Below, one piece after another: positions 1 to 7,408 of a stretch of 24,569 bases of DNA. The translations under genes were made by a program, and so were the position numbers. Position 1 is the first letter of the stretch. Every line of letters begins with the position of its first letter. The DNA is from an uncultured Sandaracinaceae bacterium (GTDB taxonomy: Bacteria > Myxococcota_A > Polyangia > Polyangiales > Houyiibacteriaceae), in NCBI GenBank assembly GCA_964476875.1, contig CAYZDM010000001.1, forward strand, positions 1-24,569, given 5' to 3'. The notes beneath the pieces were generated by a model. The model searched no databases and was not told the DNA's origin. It was given only the letters and a program-made list of their open reading frames with translations.

Positions 1-1694
1 ATGATCGTGGGCAGGATGTAGTGGTGGTACTTGGTGACCATCACGCTGAAGAGCACGAACGAAGACAAGAGCCACATCGCCAGGAACAACACCATCTCGC
101 CGCGCCCGTCGCGCTCCCCCCGCGCCCGGAGCCAGAAGCAAACCATCGCCGCGGCTGGCACCAATGCGATCCAAGGGAACGTGGCGTAGCCGATCTGAGT
201 TAGGAAGTACTCGATGGTTCCCGTGTCGCCGTGCACACCGCTTGCGAGTCGATTGATGTGGTCGTGAATCAGTAGCCGGTTCGTGAACGCCGGTCCGTGT
301 CGCACGTACATGGCGAGGTACCAGGGCAGGCTCACGGCCGTCACGATCACCACGCCCGTCGCCACTCGGAGCTCTCCCTGTCCGAGCAGTGCCCAGCGCC
401 GAGAGGCGATGAGATAGAAGAGGGCGGCCGCGCCCGGGATCGCCAAGCCCGGAAGGCCCTTGGCCATGAATGCGACAGCGCAGAAAAAATAGAACCCGTA
501 CATCAGGAGTGCACGCACCCGTCGCTCCTTGCGAAGGAGCATCGCGAGCCCGGCAAGGACGGTGAGCCAGAGGATTCCTTGGACGAACGGCTGGCCTCCG
601 AGACCGGGGACTCTCGGGGTCTGGTCACGGGGGTTTGGGTTGCCTGGGATGTCGAGATTGCCCGCCGATCCGTGGAGGAAGCGATCGGGATGCGCCACGA
701 GGCCAGCGCCCTCGACCCAGGAGAGGTTGCGGGAGATCAGGTACACCGCCTGCGGCAGGATCATCACGACGAGCGCGAACAACACCAGATGCTGAAGTGC
801 GAACCTGAAGCGTCCGATCCGAAAGACCGTCGCCTCGCGCTCCGGATTCTCTTGCATGGCGACCAGCAAACAGCAGACCGCGATCGTGATCGCTGCCACG
901 AGAGGAAGATCGGTGATCGCTTGATGCGAAATGAAAAAGAACTGCGGCATGGTTGCCGTCACCAGCGTGGCGAGGACGCCAGCACGCGTGCCGAAGTAGC
1001 GACGCGTGGTCGCGTAGATCGCTCCGAGCGCCGCGAAGGCCATCAGCAGAGTCGGAAGCCTCAATGCCCACTCAGGGTTCGCCGGGTTCGCGTCCGGCAT
1101 GAAATCGACCCCGAGGAACCCCATACTCAGGGCCTCCATCCAAAACAGCAGCACCGGTTTCGACCAGAACCACTTGTCCTGCGCCCACCAGAGGCTGATC
1201 CAGTCGTTCCGCGCGAGGATCTCCCGGGCGACTTCCCCGTAGTGAGTTTCCCAGGGGTCCCAGAGGCCGGTGGTACCGAGGAGCGGGATGTAGATCAAAG
1301 CGATCGCGATCAGGACGAGGAGCCCAGGTCGCCGGAGAGCCGGCGGGATCAAGCACAGCAGCGCCAGAACGATCGCGATGGGCAGCGCCTCGTACCCTCC
1401 GATCCCAGCGCCGACACCGAGTACCACCAGCGCCACCCCGAGCCACGAAACCGGTGAAAAGCGCTCGTCGGGGTGCCGGCCCAACTCGGTGTCCGTCCAC
1501 GCCTTCGCTGGGCCCATCGGCGCCGGTACGAGCCACGCGACCCACGCCACGCTCGCCACCACGACGATTAATGCGCCCCACAACGGACCCAGCGGGAATG
1601 GTTCACGGTTGGCCATCCAGAGCGCCATGCCGACGCTAGCCGTCAGTGCCGTGACCAAGGCGACTGGATTTCTCAGCGTCGTGCCGGTGTTCAT
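1..1694 (-). CDS. ArnT/PMT-like (GT-C fold, GT39/GT83) membrane glycosyltransferase, 3' end runs off the window
   Basis: Not in the ORF track (no stop in window). Hand translation from ATG 1694: MNTGTTLRNP...GLWDPWETHYGEVAREILARNDWISLWWAQDKWFWSKPVLLFWMEALS...EWALRLP...FFFISHQAITDLPL...AFMAKGLPGLAIPG...LPWYLAMYVRHG...FPW...VTKYHHYILPTI. The D..E.xY.E.AREM-like motif, KP.L..W, RLP, KG and K..HYILP motifs and many TM segments are typical of ArnT-like enzymes. The start overlaps the upstream stop (ATGA, 1691-1694). Confidence 0.88.
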   Translation of the reverse strand, partial: MNTGTTLRNPVALVTALTASVGMALWMANREPFPLGPLWGALIVVVASVAWVAWLVPAPMGPAKAWTDTELGRHPDERFSPVSWLGVALVVLGVGAGIGGYEALPIAIVLALLCLIPPALRRPGLLVLIAIALIYIPLLGTTGLWDPWETHYGEVAREILARNDWISLWWAQDKWFWSKPVLLFWMEALSMGFLGVDFMPDANPANPEWALRLPTLLMAFAALGAIYATTRRYFGTRAGVLATLVTATMPQFFFISHQAITDLPLVAAITIAVCCLLVAMQENPEREATVFRIGRFRFALQHLVLFALVVMILPQAVYLISRNLSWVEGAGLVAHPDRFLHGSAGNLDIPGNPNPRDQTPRVPGLGGQPFVQGILWLTVLAGLAMLLRKERRVRALLMYGFYFFCAVAFMAKGLPGLAIPGAAALFYLIASRRWALLGQGELRVATGVVIVTAVSLPWYLAMYVRHGPAFTNRLLIHDHINRLASGVHGDTGTIEYFLTQIGYATFPWIALVPAAAMVCFWLRARGERDGRGEMVLFLAMWLLSSFVLFSVMVTKYHHYILPTI

Positions 1695-2086
1695 TCTGGC
1701 CCGACGGTGGATTCTCTGAGGTTGAATCGAATGAGCCCCTCGGACGGAACGACGAGGCTTCTCAAGTGGTCGACGCCCCGATTTTCGGGTCCGGACACGG
1801 TGATTCGGACCTCATACTCGCCGGGTTGTAGCCGCACCGTGTGGCGGAACGTATCGGGTTTTCCCTCTGATCGGGTGAATCGGACGCTCGCTACGGCTTC
1901 TCCCTCATGTAGGTAGTCGACATCGAGATTGGTGACGTTCGGGCCCGGGCTGTAGGCGATCTCGACGTCGCGAGGCCAGACCCGAGCCAACAGACCGCCG
2001 ACGAAGACCATGCCGATGACGGCGATCAGCGTCGCGACCCTACGCCTGGTTGACGATGGCCCTATGTTTGATCCCAGGTCCGCCAT
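1691..2086 (-). CDS. Small membrane-anchored hypothetical protein (one N-terminal TM plus beta-rich extracytoplasmic domain)
   Basis: ORF 1691..2104, ATG at 2086 preferred (MADLGSN). Basic RRR followed by hydrophobic VATLIAVIGMVFVGGLLA, then beta-strand pattern (HTVRLQPGEYEVRITVSG). Stop overlaps the glycosyltransferase start. Confidence 0.72.
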   Translation of the reverse strand: MADLGSNIGPSSTRRRVATLIAVIGMVFVGGLLARVWPRDVEIAYSPGPNVTNLDVDYLHEGEAVASVRFTRSEGKPDTFRHTVRLQPGEYEVRITVSGPENRGVDHLRSLVVPSEGLIRFNLRESTVGPE

Positions 2087-2094
2087 GCTGGTGG

Positions 2095-2103
2095 CTTTTA
2101 CCA
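2095..2103 (-). promoter_or_regulatory. Putative extended -10 (TG-G-TAAAAG), 8 nt before ATG 2086
   Basis: Read directly from the sequence; no Shine-Dalgarno before the ATG; no good -35 seen. Confidence 0.35.
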
Positions 2104-2165
2104 AATTCTCAGAGGGTCAGTACCTTGGCACCAAATAGAGACGGTGTTAAATTGAGGTGTGCCCC

Positions 2166-2173
2166 GTTAATGC
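2166..2173 (+). promoter_or_regulatory. Putative -10 element of rel (TAATGC 2168-2173, 6 nt before ATG 2180; alternative GTTAAT 2166-2171)
   Basis: AT-rich spacer in a GC-rich genome. The only SD-like GAGGTG (2154-2159) is 20 nt from the ATG, too far to function. Confidence 0.35.
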
Positions 2174-2179
2174 ACTGTC

Positions 2180-4324
2180 ATGGTCCGCCTCACCAATATT
2201 CTTGAGAAGGTGCAGGGATACCATCCCCGAGCCGACACCGATCTGATCAACAAGGCCTACGTCTATGCCTCGCGCATGCACGACGGGCAGACGAGAAAGT
2301 CGGGCGACGCTTACTTCACGCATCCGGTGTCGGTCGCGGACATCATTGCCGACATGCGACTCGATGCCTCGAGTGTCTGCGCCGCGCTACTCCACGACGT
2401 CGTCGAAGATTGCGAAGCTAGCATCCCCGACATCAAAACGGTGTTCGGTGAGGAAGTCGCGTTTCTGGTCGACGGTGTGACCAAGCTCGGCAAGGTCAAC
2501 TTCGCCTCGCGTGAAGACAGGCAGGCCGAGAGCTTCCGGAAGATGCTCGTCGCGATGGCGCGCGACATCCGTGTGCTCTTGGTAAAGCTCGCCGACCGTC
2601 TCGACAACATGCGGACGCTCGAGCACATGTCGACTGCCGCGCAAGAACGCATCGCGCGCGAGACGGTGGAGATCTATGCGCCGCTCGCCGGACGCCTCGG
2701 GATTCAATGGCTCAAGGCAGAACTCGAAGACCTGAGCTTCAAACATCTCGAGCCCGAGGCGTACGCGGCGTTGGACGAACAGGTCAAAGCCGTCGCGAAG
2801 AACACCGACAACTACATGGCGGATGTCACCGCCAAACTGAAGAAGATGCTGCTCACGCGAGGCTTCTCGGTGCAGATCAGTGGGCGACGCAAGCATCTCT
2901 ACTCGCTTCACCGCAAGATGAAATCGAGCGGCATTGGCTTCGAACAAGTTCACGACTTCGTGGCGTTCCGAGTCATTACGGAGAGCGTGGCTGACTGTTA
3001 TGCCACGCTCGGCGTGATTCATTCGGAGTGGACGCCGGTGCCGGGGCGCTTCAAGGACTACATCGCGCTACCGAAGTCCAACATGTACCAGTCGCTCCAC
3101 ACGACGGTCATCGGGCCCGCGAGTCGTCGCGTCGAGATCCAGATCCGCACCCACGAGATGCACCGAACCGCCGACTACGGCATCGCGGCCCACTGGCAGT
3201 ACAAAGAGCACACCGGCGGAATTGATCCGAAGGATGCGGCCCGTTTCGTCTGGCTTCGTCAGCTCTTGGAGTTCCAAAAGGAAGTAGCCGACCCGGAGGA
3301 GTTCTACGAGAGTGTGAAGGTCGACCTCTTCCCGGAGGATGTGTATGTCTTCACCCCCAAAGGCGACGTTAAAACCATTCCGCGCGGCGCGACGCCGATC
3401 GACTTCGCGTATGCGGTTCACTCCGAGGTTGGTCATCGATGCTCCGGCGCGCGCGTCAACGGAGCGATCGTTCCGCTGCGGCACAAGCTCCAGAACGGCG
3501 ACGTGGTCGAGATCCTCACCAGTAAGAATCATCACCCGAGCAAGGATTGGCTGGAGTTTGCGATCACCAGTCGTGCCCGCGGGCGCATTCGGGCCTATCT
3601 ACGTACCGAGGAGAGGAAACACGCGATCAAGCTAGGCAAGGAGCTGCTCGAGAAGGAGCTGCGCAAGAGTGACATGTCGCTTTCACGCTTCTTGAAGAGC
3701 AAGCGCAGCAAAGAAGTGCTCTCCCACTTTCGCGTCGGCACCCCCGAGGAGCTCTACGCCCGAATCGGCATCGGGAAGCTCGCGCTCCCCACCGTAATGG
3801 AAGAGGTGATTCCAAGCGAAGATACCGAGCGTGACAGTCTGCGCCCCGGGTTCATCGAGCGCACGGTGCAGCGCGTGTCTGGCGATGTCGACGCCGCTGG
3901 GATCCGAATTCAGGGGATGGACAACATGCTCGTGCGGTTCGCACAGTGTTGCAATCCGGTCCCCGGCGACCCCGTCACCGGTTGGATTACCCGCGGCCGC
4001 GGGGTTTCGGTCCATCGCAGGGGCTGTCCTCGCGTCTTAGAGCTGGATTTGGAGCGACGTGTTCAGGTGAGCTGGGCCGACGACATCGACGTCGATCTTC
4101 CCGTCTCTCTTCGCGTGATGACGGACGATCGTGCCGGGATCCTCGCATCGGTGTCTTCCGTGTTTTCCTCGAAGGGCATCAGCATCAGCGAGGCGTCCTG
4201 CCTGTCCAAGGACGGCCGCGCCGAAAATATGTTTCACTTTCGCGTAGGGGATATCGATCGATTGCGAGATGTCATGCGCGGCGTGGCCAAGGTGAAGGGC
4301 GTCATCGACGTCGAACGGGTCTAG
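2180..4324 (+). CDS. relA: Bifunctional (p)ppGpp synthetase/hydrolase, long RSH (Rel/SpoT)
   Basis: Hydrolase motifs HDGQTRKSG..YFTHP and ALLHDVVED; synthetase motifs GRRKH, RFKDY, YQSLHT, EIQIRT, AAHWQYK; TGS (VYVFTPKGD...DFAYAVHSEVG); Zn-finger (AQCCNPVPGD...HRRGC); C-terminal ACT domain. 714 aa. Confidence 0.97.
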   Translation: MVRLTNILEKVQGYHPRADTDLINKAYVYASRMHDGQTRKSGDAYFTHPVSVADIIADMRLDASSVCAALLHDVVEDCEASIPDIKTVFGEEVAFLVDGVTKLGKVNFASREDRQAESFRKMLVAMARDIRVLLVKLADRLDNMRTLEHMSTAAQERIARETVEIYAPLAGRLGIQWLKAELEDLSFKHLEPEAYAALDEQVKAVAKNTDNYMADVTAKLKKMLLTRGFSVQISGRRKHLYSLHRKMKSSGIGFEQVHDFVAFRVITESVADCYATLGVIHSEWTPVPGRFKDYIALPKSNMYQSLHTTVIGPASRRVEIQIRTHEMHRTADYGIAAHWQYKEHTGGIDPKDAARFVWLRQLLEFQKEVADPEEFYESVKVDLFPEDVYVFTPKGDVKTIPRGATPIDFAYAVHSEVGHRCSGARVNGAIVPLRHKLQNGDVVEILTSKNHHPSKDWLEFAITSRARGRIRAYLRTEERKHAIKLGKELLEKELRKSDMSLSRFLKSKRSKEVLSHFRVGTPEELYARIGIGKLALPTVMEEVIPSEDTERDSLRPGFIERTVQRVSGDVDAAGIRIQGMDNMLVRFAQCCNPVPGDPVTGWITRGRGVSVHRRGCPRVLELDLERRVQVSWADDIDVDLPVSLRVMTDDRAGILASVSSVFSSKGISISEASCLSKDGRAENMFHFRVGDIDRLRDVMRGVAKVKGVIDVERV

Positions 4325-4369
4325 TGCGTCTGGTGGGTCTGGCGGGCCACGCCTGGCCGGTCCGGTCGC

Positions 4370-5200
4370 TCAAGCGTCGTCTTGCGACGATGACCGCCAC
4401 ACGATCGCCAAGGCGCCGGCCGCGCCGAGGATGCACGGCAACAGCAGCCACCAACTGATGTGTTCGACCCCTTGGCTCAGCGTGTTGAAGCCCTCGATGC
4501 GAATCAATCTTGCCGGCAGCAACAAAGCGATGGCGTTGACTCCGGCGTGCACTGCGATGCTAGCCAGCGTTGATTTCGTGCGCAACGCGATCGCTCCGAG
4601 AACGAGCCCACCGAGCGTGGCGTAGACAATCGCCGCGGGGTCGAGGTGGACCGCCCCGAAGAGTATCGAGCTCCAAATCAGCGCCGGGCGAGCGCCATAC
4701 CGATGCTCCAGGTCTGGGAGCAGCCATCCTCTAAACAGCAACTCTTCACCGACGGGCGCCACCAGAACGAAGGCGGTCAGCGCTGCGAGACCTCCGGACC
4801 AGGTCGTCGGGTTCATGAGTCGGTGGCGTCGTGCCAACTCGTCGAAGCTCAGGGGCCAGACCTCTTGTATGAGGTTGCCAAGCTCGGCGAACGGTAGCTG
4901 CATGCACGCGCCTGCAAGGAAGCACAGAGCCACGATCTCCCCCATGAGGGGTCGAACGCGTACGGCGTCGAGGAAGCTCGCTTCTCTATGTTGGTGAGGA
5001 AACACCGTCGCGAAGAGGACTCCGAAGGTGGCCGCTGGCACCAACGCGGAGTTCATCGGGACCGCCTGCGCCGCACGGGCCGCCTCACCCCAGCTCGGCG
5101 AGAGGCTCCTCAGCTGCAGGAAGCCAGCCAGGGCCATGAACGCCGTGTTCAGGACCGGTATCGCCATCGCGATGACCAGCGCTCGGAGATATCCGCCCAT
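4370..5200 (-). CDS. CPBP (CAAX protease / Abi) family intramembrane glutamic endopeptidase
   Basis: EELLFRG, FGAVH and HAGVN match the EExxxR, FxxxH and HxxxN motifs; multiple TM helices; 276 aa. Confidence 0.92.
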   Translation of the reverse strand: MGGYLRALVIAMAIPVLNTAFMALAGFLQLRSLSPSWGEAARAAQAVPMNSALVPAATFGVLFATVFPHQHREASFLDAVRVRPLMGEIVALCFLAGACMQLPFAELGNLIQEVWPLSFDELARRHRLMNPTTWSGGLAALTAFVLVAPVGEELLFRGWLLPDLEHRYGARPALIWSSILFGAVHLDPAAIVYATLGGLVLGAIALRTKSTLASIAVHAGVNAIALLLPARLIRIEGFNTLSQGVEHISWWLLLPCILGAAGALAIVWRSSSQDDA

Positions 5201-5270
5201 GGCAACGCGCAGCCTGACACGAACTCCCGGAGACTGGGCAAGATATGAACCTGCTTTGATCGGCGGACCC

Positions 5271-5279
5271 TGCTATAGC
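5271..5279 (+). promoter_or_regulatory. Putative extended -10 (TG-C-TATAGC) of the TPR lipoprotein/ATPase operon
   Basis: 11 nt before ATG 5291; at most a very short leader with a weak GGA. Confidence 0.4.
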
Positions 5280-5290
5280 GGCTGGACAGC

Positions 5291-7408
5291 ATGAGGATCC
5301 GTATCCTGTTCATTCTTGGGTTGCTGAGCCTCACGGTCGCGTGTGCCCACTCCAAATCGACCACGACCGGCGCCCGCGTCAAGGGGGCGGAGCCGATCCC
5401 TCAGGCCGAGTATCCAGACGAAACACGACGTTTTCTCCGGATGTCGCTCGACGACCCGGAGCGGTTGAAGCTGCGCGATCGCCTAATCGCGACGGTCGTG
5501 GAGAAGGCGCAGAACCTCGCCGACGTCGGGGACTATGAGGGAGTGGTTCTCGAGGTCAGCCGCCTAACCGTGTTCCTCTCCCCTGAGGACTACGGCGCTG
5601 GCGTGCTTCCGAAGTCCATTGAACCCATCGCGAAGCACATCGCCGAACGTGGCGGACGGCTTGGCGACGAGGGGTATGTTCTCGGGGCAGACTTCATCCT
5701 CGAACGTTTGACCGGGGACGAGGTGTACCAGGAGCGGTACGACGCCGTCGCAACCTGGGGACGCGAAGCGCGCGCCAATCTCGACACAGTCTCCGAGCAA
5801 TACGCCGGCCTCATTTCAGTTTGGATCGACCACGCGGATTTGACTCCCGCGCCCGAAGTCCTCGACACGCTCGCCGGCCTGCACATCGCAGGGCGCGAGG
5901 CGGTTGCTACGGAGAGCGCCGAGAACCGACGCCGTCTCGGCATCGGCGGCGAGCGTCAGCTCAGGTTGGCCCCGTTGAACGTCGCAGCGGTTTATCTTTC
6001 GCACGGGGATCTAGCGTCGGCCATCAAGAAGGTGGAGTCGATGGATGCCGGTGGCGAGCTTCAGCTGCGTCTCCTCGACCTGATGCGAACGGCCGGTACC
6101 AACGACGAAATAGGCGCGGCGGCGACCTCCGAGCTCATCGAGGGATACCGCGTGGCGCGGGCCGATGTCGCGTTGGGGCTTTGCCGGTCGGCGATGCTTC
6201 GATTTCCCCAAGACCATCGCTTTCCGACCTGCATGGCGCGAATCGCAGCCGATTCAGAGGAATTCGCCGACGCGACCGCGTGGTACGTGATCGCAATCGA
6301 GCTAGCGCCCGAGATGATCGAGCTCTACGACGAAGCACTCGGTCAGCTCGACGAGTTCATCAAGACCCGTTTGGCGGACCCGCATCCGGAGCGATCGGGC
6401 TCGCTTGCACGGGGTGCAGAGACCATTCTCGCCGAACGACAGAAGCGCTGGCCGGACTCCATGCCGCCGATTGCGCCCAACGAGCTGGAGTTCCTCATCG
6501 GGATGCTCGAGATGAACGCGGGCCGAGTCGAAGAGGCCCAGAAGCGTTTCGAGAAGAGCATCGAAGCGGACGAGGATCCGGGCGCCCTGTCGCAACTAGG
6601 GCTGCTTTTGGAGCGAACGGGTCGTCCCGGAGAGGCGGAGAAGCGCTATCTTCGCGCCCTGTCGCTCGCGCCGTCCGATACGCTTGCGAGCGACCTCCAA
6701 CGCGCCGACATTTTCGAGAATTTGGGGAACGTCTCGCGCGCCATGGGCAAGACGAGCCAGATGACCGCGCACTACGAGGCCGCGCTGGCGGCGTGGAACG
6801 AAGCGCGCGACCAGGTGGAGGGACCCACTGCCGCGTTGGTGGAACTTCGGCGCGGTGTTCTTCTCGACAACTTGGGCCAGCAGGAAGATGCGGTTGAAGC
6901 GTTCGAGAATGCAATGTCCGACGCCCCGCAGTGGCGCGACGTCTACGCGACCATCCTCTCGCATTTGGTAGTGTCCAAACCCGATTTTGAGTTCGCCTCG
7001 TCGGTTTGGCGTAGATCACAACTACAGATCAGCTTGCCACCCGAGTGGAAGGTCTACTTCACACTTTGGATGCAGCTCATCACTGCCCGGGCTGGTCAGC
7101 CGCCTTCCGACGAGCAAACCGATTTGCTGCGACGTCTCAGTGGTGGCTCCAATTGGTCAGGAAAGCTCGCGAGTTTCGGCGCTGGCGACCTGGACTACGC
7201 GGGGCTGATCAGCGTGGCATCGAGTCTCGGTGAAGAGACCGAGGCGCTCTACTACGAAGGCTCTCGGCTCGAGATCGCGGGTGATCGAAAAGCCGCGAAT
7301 GATCAGTTCCAGCGCGTGCTCGATACGAACATGGTGAGCTTCTTCGAGTACGAGATGGCGAGAAAGCTGCTCCTTCAGCGGAAGAGGGCCGGCGAGCCCA
7401 AGCGGTGA
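5291..7408 (+). CDS. Large TPR-repeat lipoprotein with an NlpI-like C-terminal module
   Basis: Signal peptide with lipobox LTVA-C18; TPR patterns (A..WY..AIELAP, GRVEEAQKRFEKSIE, G..GEAEKRYLRALSL, GQQEDAVEAFENA). The C-terminus YFTLW...W..KLASF..G...EALYYEG...GD...A...FQRVLDTNMVSFFEYEMA resembles the NlpI C-terminal TPRs. Confidence 0.85.
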   Translation: MRIRILFILGLLSLTVACAHSKSTTTGARVKGAEPIPQAEYPDETRRFLRMSLDDPERLKLRDRLIATVVEKAQNLADVGDYEGVVLEVSRLTVFLSPEDYGAGVLPKSIEPIAKHIAERGGRLGDEGYVLGADFILERLTGDEVYQERYDAVATWGREARANLDTVSEQYAGLISVWIDHADLTPAPEVLDTLAGLHIAGREAVATESAENRRRLGIGGERQLRLAPLNVAAVYLSHGDLASAIKKVESMDAGGELQLRLLDLMRTAGTNDEIGAAATSELIEGYRVARADVALGLCRSAMLRFPQDHRFPTCMARIAADSEEFADATAWYVIAIELAPEMIELYDEALGQLDEFIKTRLADPHPERSGSLARGAETILAERQKRWPDSMPPIAPNELEFLIGMLEMNAGRVEEAQKRFEKSIEADEDPGALSQLGLLLERTGRPGEAEKRYLRALSLAPSDTLASDLQRADIFENLGNVSRAMGKTSQMTAHYEAALAAWNEARDQVEGPTAALVELRRGVLLDNLGQQEDAVEAFENAMSDAPQWRDVYATILSHLVVSKPDFEFASSVWRRSQLQISLPPEWKVYFTLWMQLITARAGQPPSDEQTDLLRRLSGGSNWSGKLASFGAGDLDYAGLISVASSLGEETEALYYEGSRLEIAGDRKAANDQFQRVLDTNMVSFFEYEMARKLLLQRKRAGEPKR

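Noticed and set aside
297-1457. 386-aa plus-strand ORF
   Set aside because: Antisense shadow of the glycosyltransferase; Arg/His/Gln-rich with no motifs, as expected opposite a membrane-protein gene in high-GC DNA.
2126-2140. TGGCAC as a sigma54 -24 element upstream of rel
   Set aside because: The -12 position reads AGAG rather than TTGC.
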